Shown here: positions 10,069 through 17,222 of the stretch, piece by piece
Layout: every line of letters starts with the position of its first letter
Position numbering within the stretch: the stretch's first letter is position 1
Assembly: GCA_021811305.1 (NCBI GenBank)
Contig: JAJZPD010000001.1
Coordinates: 1 to 35,447 of the forward strand
Reading direction: 5' to 3'
Source of the DNA: a bacterium
GTDB taxonomy: Bacteria; Patescibacteriota; Minisyncoccia; UBA6257; Colwellbacteraceae
Length of the DNA: 35,447 nt
Translations under genes and position numbers: made by a program
The notes under the pieces: generated by a model
What the model saw: the letters and a program-made list of their open reading frames with translations, nothing else
Told to the model about the DNA's origin: nothing
The model's database searches: none

Positions 10069-11355
10069 CTATCCCCGCAGCCAGTGCCCGTACTGCCTGA
10101 CCAGGAGTTTCGAGGCTTTTTCCGGCTCGGCCATTATCTCCAGAACGATTTTCTCCATCCGCGCGGACTGCGATCCCTTTACCAAAACCAGGTCTTTAGG
10201 CCTTATAAGGTCCTGCACCTTCTTTTTCGCTTCATCGGCGGTGTCGAAACTCCAAACCGCCTCCTCCGGCAATCCCTTTTCAATCGCTCCTTTAGCGATG
10301 AACTTTGCTTTGGCCCCGACCGTCACCAGGATATTTACGGTTTCTGCCGCGACCGCTCCAGTGTCCTCGTGAGCGGAAGCCGTATATTTTCCAAGCTCCG
10401 ACATATCTCCCAAAACGGTAATCTTCCGCGGAGCGGAAATCTCTTTTAGTATCTCCAGCGCCGACCAGGTCGAAAGCGGAGAGGCATTGTAAGTATCATC
10501 GATTATGTACGAATCTTTTATGCCTGGCAGTATCCTCGCGCGTCCGCGCTCGCCGGGATAGCGGGCCAGCGCTTCCGAGATTTGGACCAGATTCAAGCCC
10601 TGGGATATTCCGACCGCCGCCGCGGCGGCCGCGGCGTACGCGTGCGACTTTCCCAGAACTCCATCGATACGCACCGGCACAAAACCTCCTCCATACTCCA
10701 GCTTGAAAACTATGCCAGTCGGCCGACCATCCTCGCTCTTATTTTCAAATCCCGAGATCCGCACCGTCGCCCCCTCCTTGAAGCCAAAGGTTATTATTTT
10801 TGACTTGGTTTTCTCTTTCATCTCGAAAACATACGGATCGTCATAGTTCAAAACAGCGAATCCGTTGCCGTTCAAGCTGCGCACCAGGCGCGATTTTTCC
10901 ATAGCCACCTCTTCGACACCGTTGTAAAACTCGATATGGACCGGGACAGCGCCGACCGCGGTTACCACAGCCACCTCCGGACGGACAATCTCCAAAAGAT
11001 AACCGATATCCCCAGGGCGGTCGGCCCCGTACTCCAAAACTATCGCTTCGGGATAAGGAAGGCGGAAAATCAGCCAAATAGCAGCGCGGCCAACAACCTT
11101 CAGCCAGAAAAACGCCCCACCCGAAGAGCTATAGTCGCCGATGATCGCGAGCGGCAGGCCCAGCTCGTTATTAAGATTGCCGGCTGGCATCCTCGTCTTG
11201 TACTTGGAGTTTAAGACAGCAGCCGCTGCCAGCTTAGTCGAAGTCTTGCCGACGCTGCCGGTGATTCCTACAACCAGCGGATGGTATTTTCTAACCAGCG
11301 CCTTCGCCAGGCGCTTCAGCAGTTTTTGTAGTTTTTGCAAAGCCCAGTTTCTCAT
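10069..11355 (-). CDS. murF: UDP-N-acetylmuramoyl-tripeptide--D-alanyl-D-alanine ligase
   Basis: 428 aa. P-loop VGITGSVGKTSTK, then IIDDTYNASPLS and VLGDMSELG, typical of MurF. Confidence 0.9.
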   Translation of the reverse strand: MRNWALQKLQKLLKRLAKALVRKYHPLVVGITGSVGKTSTKLAAAAVLNSKYKTRMPAGNLNNELGLPLAIIGDYSSSGGAFFWLKVVGRAAIWLIFRLPYPEAIVLEYGADRPGDIGYLLEIVRPEVAVVTAVGAVPVHIEFYNGVEEVAMEKSRLVRSLNGNGFAVLNYDDPYVFEMKEKTKSKIITFGFKEGATVRISGFENKSEDGRPTGIVFKLEYGGGFVPVRIDGVLGKSHAYAAAAAAAVGISQGLNLVQISEALARYPGERGRARILPGIKDSYIIDDTYNASPLSTWSALEILKEISAPRKITVLGDMSELGKYTASAHEDTGAVAAETVNILVTVGAKAKFIAKGAIEKGLPEEAVWSFDTADEAKKKVQDLIRPKDLVLVKGSQSARMEKIVLEIMAEPEKASKLLVRQYGHWLRG

Positions 11356-11358
11356 TTT

Positions 11359-13014
11359 TTAAGGAGCTATGGTCGACGAACTATTGATTGGATAGTTGTC
11401 CGGCGGAACGTTGTAGTAGTTAAGAATGAAGCTCGCCAACTGCTGCCAGTAAGGCACGACGATTCCGGAAAGCGGAGCTCCGGCCGGTTCGTAAAGCACG
11501 ATCAAGGCGACGAATTTAGGATTATGGGCCGGCGCGAAACCGATGTAGCTGTCGATGACCTGGTTGGTGTATCCGCCGGTCTTCAAATTCGGGACCTGTG
11601 CCGTTCCGCTTTTGCCGGCTACGTTGTACCCGGGTATCTCCGCCAGCTTTCCGTGCATCACATCGTGTTCCATCATCGTCACCGTCTCGTCGGCGGCGGT
11701 GGCGGAAACAACGCGGCGGACGACCTTCGGAGACTGATCGCCGTCTACGTACGGCTGCATCATCACGCCGTGGTTGGCGATGGTCGAGATCGCCTCGACC
11801 ATGCGCATAGGCGTTGCGGAGACGCCTTGGCCGAAGCTGGCCGCGGCCCAATCGATCGGTTCGGTGTGCGTCCTGGTGAGCTGGCGCAGGCTGCCGACAA
11901 CCTCGCCGGGAAGATCAATTCCGGTCTTCACGTTGAAACCGAATTTGTAAAGATAATTAAGGAAGTTCTGGTTGCCCAGCCTATTTTCCACGAATGCGGC
12001 TCCGATATTCAACGAGTCGGCGATGACCGTCGTCATGTTCGTCCACCCGTGCGCCTTCTTGTCCCAGTCAAAAATCGTGTGTCCGTTCAGCACCAGCCGT
12101 CCGCTGTCGTAATACTCGGTGCTGGTTTGTATCACTCCGGCGTCCAACGCCGAAGACATCGTTACCGGCTTCATAATCGAGCCGGGTTCGAAAATGCTTT
12201 GCACGGCCGGATCGATGAAAGAGTTGAGCGGATACTGTCCGTAACTGTTGGGGTTGAAGTCGGGCAGGTTGGCCAGGGCGAGGATGGCCCCCGTCTGCGG
12301 GTTTTCCACGATGAAAGTTCCGCCGGCCGCCTTGTGCTGGGTTATCGCTTCGTTCAAGAGATACTCGGCCTGGGCCTGAATGTTACGGTCTATTGTCAGA
12401 TGGATATCCTTGCCGTCGACGGCCGAGGTAGCCACGCCGTTGGCCACCTCTCCTGGCGTTCCGGTCAGGGTCGCGTTGTAGTATTTTTCCGCCCCATACA
12501 TTCCCACCGGCGGAGTACTCTGGGAAACATAACCGACAACCTGGGAAGCCAAGGTGCCCAGCGGATAATACCGTCCCACTATTTCGTTGACATAGACGCC
12601 CATTATCTTGGCGTTGTCGACCGAGTCGGCCTGGGCCGAAGTCGCCCGTTTTATTAAAATAGAATAAAGAGAGTTTTTATTGCTTAAAATTTGCAGCAAA
12701 TTTCCGGGAAGGTTGGTGCTGCCCAGAAAATTATCCAACTCGGCGACGGTCGTGGTCGGGCTAACGATATCCTTCGGCACCGCATAAATCTGCGGATAAT
12801 CGCGGTTAATGGCCGCCGGTATTTCGTCGCCGCTGCTATCGGTCAGATAAATGTTTCCGCGGTTAGGAATCGACGACATCGACCACTTCGCGAGAGACGC
12901 CGCTTTGGCGCTATAATACCCGCCCTTGTGGAGCTGGATGTTGTAAAGATTAAAACCTAAAATCGAGTATAAAACGCAGAAAGCTGCGATTAAGAACGTG
13001 ATACGAAAGCCCAT
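11359..13014 (-). CDS. ftsI: penicillin-binding protein 2/FtsI-type transpeptidase
   Basis: 551 aa with an N-terminal TM helix, a PBP dimerisation region, and the transpeptidase motifs SIMK (SxxK), SLN (SxN) and KSGT (KTG-like). Confidence 0.9.
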   Translation of the reverse strand: MGFRITFLIAAFCVLYSILGFNLYNIQLHKGGYYSAKAASLAKWSMSSIPNRGNIYLTDSSGDEIPAAINRDYPQIYAVPKDIVSPTTTVAELDNFLGSTNLPGNLLQILSNKNSLYSILIKRATSAQADSVDNAKIMGVYVNEIVGRYYPLGTLASQVVGYVSQSTPPVGMYGAEKYYNATLTGTPGEVANGVATSAVDGKDIHLTIDRNIQAQAEYLLNEAITQHKAAGGTFIVENPQTGAILALANLPDFNPNSYGQYPLNSFIDPAVQSIFEPGSIMKPVTMSSALDAGVIQTSTEYYDSGRLVLNGHTIFDWDKKAHGWTNMTTVIADSLNIGAAFVENRLGNQNFLNYLYKFGFNVKTGIDLPGEVVGSLRQLTRTHTEPIDWAAASFGQGVSATPMRMVEAISTIANHGVMMQPYVDGDQSPKVVRRVVSATAADETVTMMEHDVMHGKLAEIPGYNVAGKSGTAQVPNLKTGGYTNQVIDSYIGFAPAHNPKFVALIVLYEPAGAPLSGIVVPYWQQLASFILNYYNVPPDNYPINSSSTIAP

Positions 13015-13283
13015 TGTGGATTAACTTCTCTCACCAATCCATCCGCCGCAGCCAGATTTTTCAGATTGTTCGGATCGGTTATTTTGTAGAATTGATCTTT
13101 CAGCTCAGCGTTTTTCACCTGCGCATTCTGCACCGATTGCGTTAGGCTTGCGATATCCTGACTGACACTGACTGTTTTAGAATAAATAATTATAGTGAGC
13201 GAAGCAACACCGACCAGCAAGCTGCTGAGGATAATTATCAGCTTTAAGATTCCGCTGTCCTTGTTTGGTTGAATTACCGTCAT
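12990..13283 (-). CDS. ftsL: FtsL-like cell-division membrane protein
   Basis: 97 aa with a single TM helix (ILKLIIILSSLLVGVASLTIIIY) followed by a coiled-coil segment. It occupies the canonical rsmH-ftsL-ftsI slot. Confidence 0.65.
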   Translation of the reverse strand: MTVIQPNKDSGILKLIIILSSLLVGVASLTIIIYSKTVSVSQDIASLTQSVQNAQVKNAELKDQFYKITDPNNLKNLAAADGLVREVNPQWAFVSRS

Positions 13284-13304
13284 CTCTCTTTGCTTTCTTG
13301 TTTC

Positions 13305-14225
13305 TTATTCGACCTTTTTATTCCTCTTTCCGGTCATCCGCACCGCCCGCAGTTTGGCGGAGCGGCTGCGCGGATTGCTTAAAACCTCGCTTCTTTTGGG
13401 AACGACCGGCTTCTTGTTGATTAATTCGGCCTCGCCGGATTTCTGCAAGTCGCGGAAGGCGTTCTTCACCATCCTGTCTTCCAAGGAATGGAAAGAAATA
13501 ATCGCCGCCCGGCCGTTAACGCCCACCACTTCCGGCAAGTCGCCCAGGAGTCGCTGCAGGTTGTCCAATTCTCCGTTAACCGCAATGCGTAGCGCCTGGA
13601 AAATCTTGGTCGCCGGATTTATCTTCCGGCGCGCCGAGGCAGGCAGCGAACCATCAACGATCTCAGTCAGCTCGCCAACGCGGGAAATCTTTCCCTTCTT
13701 GCGGGCCTCGACGATCGCTTTGGCGATACGGCGGGAGAACCCCTCCTCTCCGTACTTCCAGAAGATCTCAGCCAATTCGGATTCGGTGACGCCGTTTACG
13801 ATGTCGGCTGCAGTCACTCCCCTGGTAGTGTCGTAGCGCATATCAAGCTCCTCCTCCGGCTTCGCAAAGCTAAATCCTCGGCCGCTAATTAGATGCGCCG
13901 AAGAAAAGCCCAGGTCGAGGAGCAGGACATCCACAAAGTCCACGCCGGCGCTGTTCAGAATCGATCTGGCGTCAGCGTAGTTGCCGCGGACCCAGGTCGC
14001 GGACAGCGACGAGAATCGTTCGGTTACCGCGGCCCTAGCCTCAGCCAGGTTAGCCTCATCTAAGTCGGTGGCAATTAGCGTCCCCCGCCCTCCCATCTTC
14101 TCGGCGATAGCTAAGGCGTGTCCCCCGCTTCCAACCGTTCCGTCGAAAGCGGTTTCGCCCGGTCTCGGGTCGAGGACGGCAATGGTTTCTTCTAGCAAAA
14201 CCGGGATGTGTGCTGTTTCTTTCAT
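13305..14225 (-). CDS. rsmH: 16S rRNA (cytosine1402-N4)-methyltransferase
   Basis: 306 aa. HIPVLLEE, DGTVGSGGH, LLDLGFSS, ISFHSLEDRMVK, and the C-terminal NPRSRSAKLR. Confidence 0.96.
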   Translation of the reverse strand: MKETAHIPVLLEETIAVLDPRPGETAFDGTVGSGGHALAIAEKMGGRGTLIATDLDEANLAEARAAVTERFSSLSATWVRGNYADARSILNSAGVDFVDVLLLDLGFSSAHLISGRGFSFAKPEEELDMRYDTTRGVTAADIVNGVTESELAEIFWKYGEEGFSRRIAKAIVEARKKGKISRVGELTEIVDGSLPASARRKINPATKIFQALRIAVNGELDNLQRLLGDLPEVVGVNGRAAIISFHSLEDRMVKNAFRDLQKSGEAELINKKPVVPKRSEVLSNPRSRSAKLRAVRMTGKRNKKVE

Positions 14226-14228
14226 AGG

Positions 14229-14660
14229 TTAAATTCCTAGCTCTCCTAACTTTTCGGCAATCTCGTCCCCTGCGCTCTCCGTCTTTTCGCGGTACTTTTG
14301 CCACGCCGCCTCGTCCCAGACTTCCATCCGGTTATAGACGCCGATGACCTTCACACTTTTGCCTAAACCGGCGTACTTCCGGAGGTAATCTGGAATAAGG
14401 ATCCTTCCCTGCGAATCGAGCTCGGCGCTCGAGGCTCCGGAAAGCATCAATCTAGCAAAAGCCCTGGAATTAGCCTGGGCCAATGGCAAAGCAACGATCT
14501 TTTGCGCCAGCGATTCCCAATCGGTTTCGGTAAAAACGAACAGACAGTGATCCAATCCCCTGGTTATAATGGCCCCCGAGGAAATCTGGTTGCGAAACTT
14601 AGCCGGAACGGCGACCCGGCCTTTGGTGTCCACTGAGTGTTTGAATTCTCCGATAAACAT
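14229..14660 (-). CDS. mraZ: transcriptional regulator MraZ
   Basis: 143 aa. MFIGEFKHSVDTKGRVAVPAKFR and a second SpoVT/AbrB-like repeat, LDSQGRILIPDYLR. Confidence 0.96.
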   Translation of the reverse strand: MFIGEFKHSVDTKGRVAVPAKFRNQISSGAIITRGLDHCLFVFTETDWESLAQKIVALPLAQANSRAFARLMLSGASSAELDSQGRILIPDYLRKYAGLGKSVKVIGVYNRMEVWDEAAWQKYREKTESAGDEIAEKLGELGI

Positions 14661-14673
14661 TAGGGTTGGTGTT

Positions 14674-14736
14674 AGTTATCCACAGAAATCGGCTATTTTG
14701 GGGCAGTTATCCACATAGTTATCCACAATTCCCCAC
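14674..14736 (-). promoter_or_regulatory. operator-like array: three exact AGTTATCCACA boxes plus GTGGG, in the mraZ 5' UTR
   Basis: TTATCCACA occurs at 14676-14684, 14707-14715 and 14719-14727. The minus strand reads GTGGGgaattGTGGAtaactatGTGGAtaac...GTGGAtaac, starting about 3 nt after the predicted TSS. Confidence 0.6.
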
Positions 14737-14745
14737 TTGTATGTA

Positions 14746-14774
14746 AGTTTACCCATCTCAGCCGCTTAAGTCAA
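14746..14774 (-). promoter_or_regulatory. mraZ/dcw promoter (TTGACT-17-TAAACT)
   Basis: -35 at 14769-14774 and -10 at 14746-14751 on the minus strand. This implies a leader of about 79 nt. Confidence 0.55.
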
Positions 14775-14896
14775 AATGCAGATAAATGCCGATTTATACG
14801 AAAAAAGCCTTTATTTAAAAGGTAAAATACGCCTGTAAGCAGAAAGGTGTAAGTTATCAACAGATTGGCACAAAAAAAGGTTCTTCCCCACCTAGG

Positions 14897-15009
14897 AAAA
14901 AGAAAGCGCAAAATTAAAAGCGCAAAGATGAAAGCTAAAAGCGAAAAATAACGACGGGTCGTTAGTCGTCGGTTCTTTTAATTTTGCGCTTTAAGCTTTG
15001 CGTTTTTTT
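14897..15009. repeat. palindromic GCGCAAAA/AAAGCG element, locus D
   Basis: A-arm aaaaagaaagcgcaaaattaaaagcgcaaagatgaaagctaaaagcgaaaaa, core taacgacgggtcgttagtcgtcgg, T-arm ttcttttaattttgcgctttaagctttgcgttttttt. Confidence 0.85.
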
Positions 15010-15016
15010 AATCGGA

Positions 15017-15041
15017 TGGTGTGCGATACAAGATTCGAACC
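15017..15041 (-). pseudogene. orphan tRNA 3' fragment (T-loop, acceptor and CCA); diverged copy of the tRNA-Val 3' end
   Basis: The minus strand reads ggttcgaatcttgtatcgcacacca, versus the tRNA-Val 3' end ggttcaaatccagtattgcccacca (20/25 identical). No matching 5' acceptor, D arm or anticodon arm lies upstream. Confidence 0.5.
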
Positions 15042-15086
15042 ATTAATCAAATGGCTCAATACCATGAGCGAACGAAGTGAGTCGAA

Positions 15087-15161
15087 TGGTGGGCAATACT
15101 GGATTTGAACCAGTGACCCCTTGTGTGTGATACAAGTGCTCTGCCACTGAGCTAATTGCCC
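15087..15161 (-). tRNA. tRNA-Val (CAC), CCA encoded
   Basis: gggcaat ta gctc agtggca gagc a cttgt atCACac acaag gggtc actgg ttcaaat ccagt attgccc a cca. Confidence 0.92.
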
Positions 15162-15275
15162 TGCGAGAGGTTAAAGATTAGTGACTAGCGGTTTAGCGGT
15201 TAGCGTACGATAAACGTCGTCGTTCCTTAGTCGCTAATTGCTACCAACTAATCACTATGGGGTAGATTATAAACC

Positions 15276-15305
15276 AAAAAGCGCCTTGGAGAAAGGCGCT
15301 TTTTT
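15276..15305. terminator. bidirectional intrinsic terminator downstream of rplL
   Basis: AAGCGCCTT-ggaga-AAGGCGCTT is flanked by an A-run on one side and a T-run on the other. Confidence 0.75.
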
Positions 15306-15321
15306 GGTGAAATTAAGTCTT

Positions 15322-15684
15322 TTACTGAATCTCGACGGTGGCACCGGCCTCAACCAGCTTCTGCTTGAGTTCCTCTGCCTCCTCCTTCTTCAGTCCCTCT
15401 TTGATCACCTTCGGAGCTCCGTCAACCAAATCCTTGGCCTCTTTTAAGCCCAAGCCGGTAACCTCGCGGACCACCTTGATGACATTGATCTTCTGCTCAC
15501 CGGCGGCCTGAAGCATAACGTTAAAGGAAGTCTTCTCCTCGGCGGCAACGGCTCCAGCAGCCGCTCCGGCACCAGCCGGCATGGCGGCACTGATTCCGAA
15601 CTTCTCTTCCATCGCCTTGACCAATTCAGCCAGTTCGACGACGCTCATCTTTTCGATCTCCGATATGAATTTATCTTTATCCAT
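15322..15684 (-). CDS. rplL: 50S ribosomal protein L7/L12
   Basis: 120 aa. An Ala/Gly-rich hinge and a C-terminal domain: [54 protein letters not shown]. Confidence 0.97.
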   Translation of the reverse strand: MDKDKFISEIEKMSVVELAELVKAMEEKFGISAAMPAGAGAAAGAVAAEEKTSFNVMLQAAGEQKINVIKVVREVTGLGLKEAKDLVDGAPKVIKEGLKKEEAEELKQKLVEAGATVEIQ

Positions 15685-15705
15685 TTTGTTTGTTCTTTCT
15701 ATCTT

Positions 15706-16194
15706 TTACGACTGCTTTGATTTTTCCTGCAGAATGTACATAAACATCCTGAGCGGCGCGGTCATCGTGCCCAAAACCTGGGCGAGAAGCACCTCCCGCG
15801 GGGGCAGCTGGCCAATCGCCATTACTGTCGCAGCATCGAACGGCTGATTCTTCACCGTGTCCAGCCCTCCGAGAATCTTAAAGTTTCCGGATTCTTTGGA
15901 AAAACGGTAAACCTTTCCGGCCACAGAACTGATGTCATCCGTGGCGAATACGGTGCCGACCTGGGACTCGAACTCAGTCGGATCGAGGTCGATGCCCTTT
16001 TCCTGCAAAATGATGCGCAGCAGCCTCTTTTTAATCACATCAAACTCGGCTCCCGACTCCCGCAACGACCTTTTAAGCGATCGGATAGCCTCGACTTTAG
16101 TTCCGGAAAAGTCGGCGAAGATGACGGAACCGGATGAGGCCAGTTTCTTTTTCCCCTCTTCCAGCGCTTCCTTTTTTTGTTCTTTTGTCTTCAT
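15706..16194 (-). CDS. rplJ: 50S ribosomal protein L10
   Basis: 162 aa. It sits directly upstream of rplL, and VIFADFSGTKVEAIRSLKRSLRESGAEFDVIKKRL is L10-like. Confidence 0.93.
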   Translation of the reverse strand: MKTKEQKKEALEEGKKKLASSGSVIFADFSGTKVEAIRSLKRSLRESGAEFDVIKKRLLRIILQEKGIDLDPTEFESQVGTVFATDDISSVAGKVYRFSKESGNFKILGGLDTVKNQPFDAATVMAIGQLPPREVLLAQVLGTMTAPLRMFMYILQEKSKQS

Positions 16195-16306
16195 AAAAAA
16201 TAAAAACCGCGAACCCGCAGCTTTTCGGTTTACTCCTCGGCGGGGCTTATCGACCTTCTGGCTACAGGGTAGCCGAGCCTTGCCCGCTGTCTGCGGATTG
16301 CCTGTT
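16195..16306 (-). promoter_or_regulatory. structured 5' leader of rplJL (L10-leader-type autoregulatory element, candidate)
   Basis: A leader of about 110 nt between the promoter and the rplJ ATG. It is GC-rich and helical (ggctaccctgtagcc, gcgaacccgc) and ends in a T-run just before the ATG. The assignment rests on position and analogy only. Confidence 0.4.
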
Positions 16307-16336
16307 AAATCTAAAGGAGACGGTCGTTTTTGTCAA
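16307..16336 (-). promoter_or_regulatory. rplJL promoter (TTGACA-18-TAGATT)
   Basis: -35 at 16331-16336 and -10 at 16307-16312 on the minus strand, just downstream of the rpmG stop. Confidence 0.5.
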
Positions 16337-16348
16337 ACGGCCGATAAA

Positions 16349-16522
16349 TTATTTTAATTTAGCTTCCTTGTGCGCCGTACGCTTGCGGCAGCTGGAGCAG
16401 TATTTAACGTAACCCAGCTTTCTTTCCACCTGCTTCTTGTTCTTACGGGTATAATAGTTCATCTCCCCGCAAACGGAGCACTTCAGCCTTATGAGATTTT
16501 CTGCTGCTTTCGACTGTGCCAT
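16349..16522 (-). CDS. rpmG: 50S ribosomal protein L33
   Basis: ORF 16349..16576. From the ATG at 16520-16522: MAQSKAAENLIRLKCSVCGEMNYYTRKNKKQVERKLGYVKYCSSCRKRTAHKEAKLK (zinc-ribbon type L33). Confidence 0.92.
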   Translation of the reverse strand: MAQSKAAENLIRLKCSVCGEMNYYTRKNKKQVERKLGYVKYCSSCRKRTAHKEAKLK

Positions 16523-16578
16523 TTTGTTTTTCTTGATTTTTTGTCCGCCCTTTTGACAACTTCGTCGACGGGACAATG

Positions 16579-16651
16579 AGCCGATGGTCGGAATCGAACC
16601 GACGACCTACTCCTTACCATGGAGTCGCTCTGCCTACTGAGCTACATCGGC
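16579..16651 (-). tRNA. tRNA-Thr (GGT)
   Basis: gccgatg ta gctc agtaggca gagc g actcc atGGTaa ggagt aggtc gtcgg ttcgatt ccgac catcggc t. Confidence 0.92.
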
Positions 16652-16718
16652 TGGCGCGACATTGACCACTATACTTTGTTTTCTTGTTTTTGAAAACCGC
16701 GCCGCGGCTGTCGCTATC

Positions 16719-16794
16719 TGGAGCCAGCGGTCGGAATCGAACCGACGACCTACTGTTTACAAAACAGTTGCTCTGCCGGCTGAGCTACGCTGGC
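16719..16794 (-). tRNA. tRNA-Thr (TGT), CCA encoded
   Basis: gccagcg ta gctc agccggca gagc a actgt ttTGTaa acagt aggtc gtcgg ttcgatt ccgac cgctggc t cca. Confidence 0.92.
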
Positions 16795-16839
16795 CTTTCC
16801 GCGTCCGCATAGTGGCGGTTCAGCTTTCAGCAAAGTCTG

Positions 16840-16923
16840 TGGGCAGGGAGGGATTCGAACCCCCGTAGCCGCTAGGGCGCCTGATTTACAGTCAGGTGCA
16901 ATTGACCGCTCTGCCACCTGCCC
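16840..16923 (-). tRNA. tRNA-Tyr (GTA), long variable arm
   Basis: gggcagg ... cctga ctGTAaa tcagg, then a long variable arm (cgccctagcggctac), then ggggg ttcgaat ccctc cctgccc a. Confidence 0.9.
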
Positions 16924-16952
16924 AGCAAACACTAATGCGTAAGCCGAGGAAA

Positions 16953-17216
16953 TTATAGCTTATTGTCGCTATTATTCAACTTGCGGCTGACGATATTGTC
17001 CGCCTTGAGTATCGCAACTTTCAGACGGCGGAGCAGCTTGTCATAAGATCGCTTAATCGCTTCGTCGATTTTTTCCAGACGCACGCTTTTGCCAAGCCTC
17101 TGGCGAACTAGTCCCGATTCTCCGCTAGCTTTAACCCTCGGCAATGCCGAAGCTAAAAGATAAACCATCACTCCGAAAGCGATGATAAGAACTAGGTTGA
17201 CGATAAAGCTGTACAT
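16953..17216 (-). CDS. hypothetical small membrane-anchored protein
   Basis: 87 aa with an N-terminal TM helix (FIVNLVLIIAFGVMVYLLASAL) and a charged helical tail. It starts 6 nt after the tsf stop. No recognised family. Confidence 0.5.
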   Translation of the reverse strand: MYSFIVNLVLIIAFGVMVYLLASALPRVKASGESGLVRQRLGKSVRLEKIDEAIKRSYDKLLRRLKVAILKADNIVSRKLNNSDNKL

Positions 17217-17222
17217 TGCCGA

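Noticed and set aside
11335-12657. A 440-aa plus-strand ORF, the longest plus-strand ORF in the track.
   Set aside because: It lies entirely antisense to the well-supported FtsI/PBP gene. The translation is R/G/V/H-rich and low-complexity with no motifs, so it is a typical shadow ORF of a GC-biased gene.
14674-14862. The cluster of perfect DnaA boxes, considered as the chromosomal origin (oriC).
   Set aside because: No dnaA or dnaN gene is nearby, and gene orientation does not flip across the site. I identified no tandem 13-mer-like DNA-unwinding repeats next to the boxes. All boxes share one orientation and sit in the mraZ 5' UTR. Regulatory use (MraZ and/or DnaA) is more parsimonious.
14863-14870. 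TTGGCAC motifs at 14863-14869 and 30181-30187, considered as sigma-54 (-24/-12) promoters.
   Set aside because: The required GC/TTGC -12 element at the correct 4-5-nt spacing after TGGCAC is absent at the first site, which is followed by an A-run. At the second site it is immediately adjacent, which is the wrong spacing.
15017-15086. A possible second complete tRNA next to tRNA-Val.
   Set aside because: Only the T-loop, 3' acceptor and CCA are present. The T-stem 5' strand, anticodon arm, D arm and 5' acceptor strand (which should read gtgcgat) cannot be found. I treat it as a 3' fragment.
16662-16932. Track ORFs 16662..16868 (+) and 16750..16932 (-).
   Set aside because: They overlap the tRNA-Thr(TGT) and tRNA-Tyr genes and have no coding signal.
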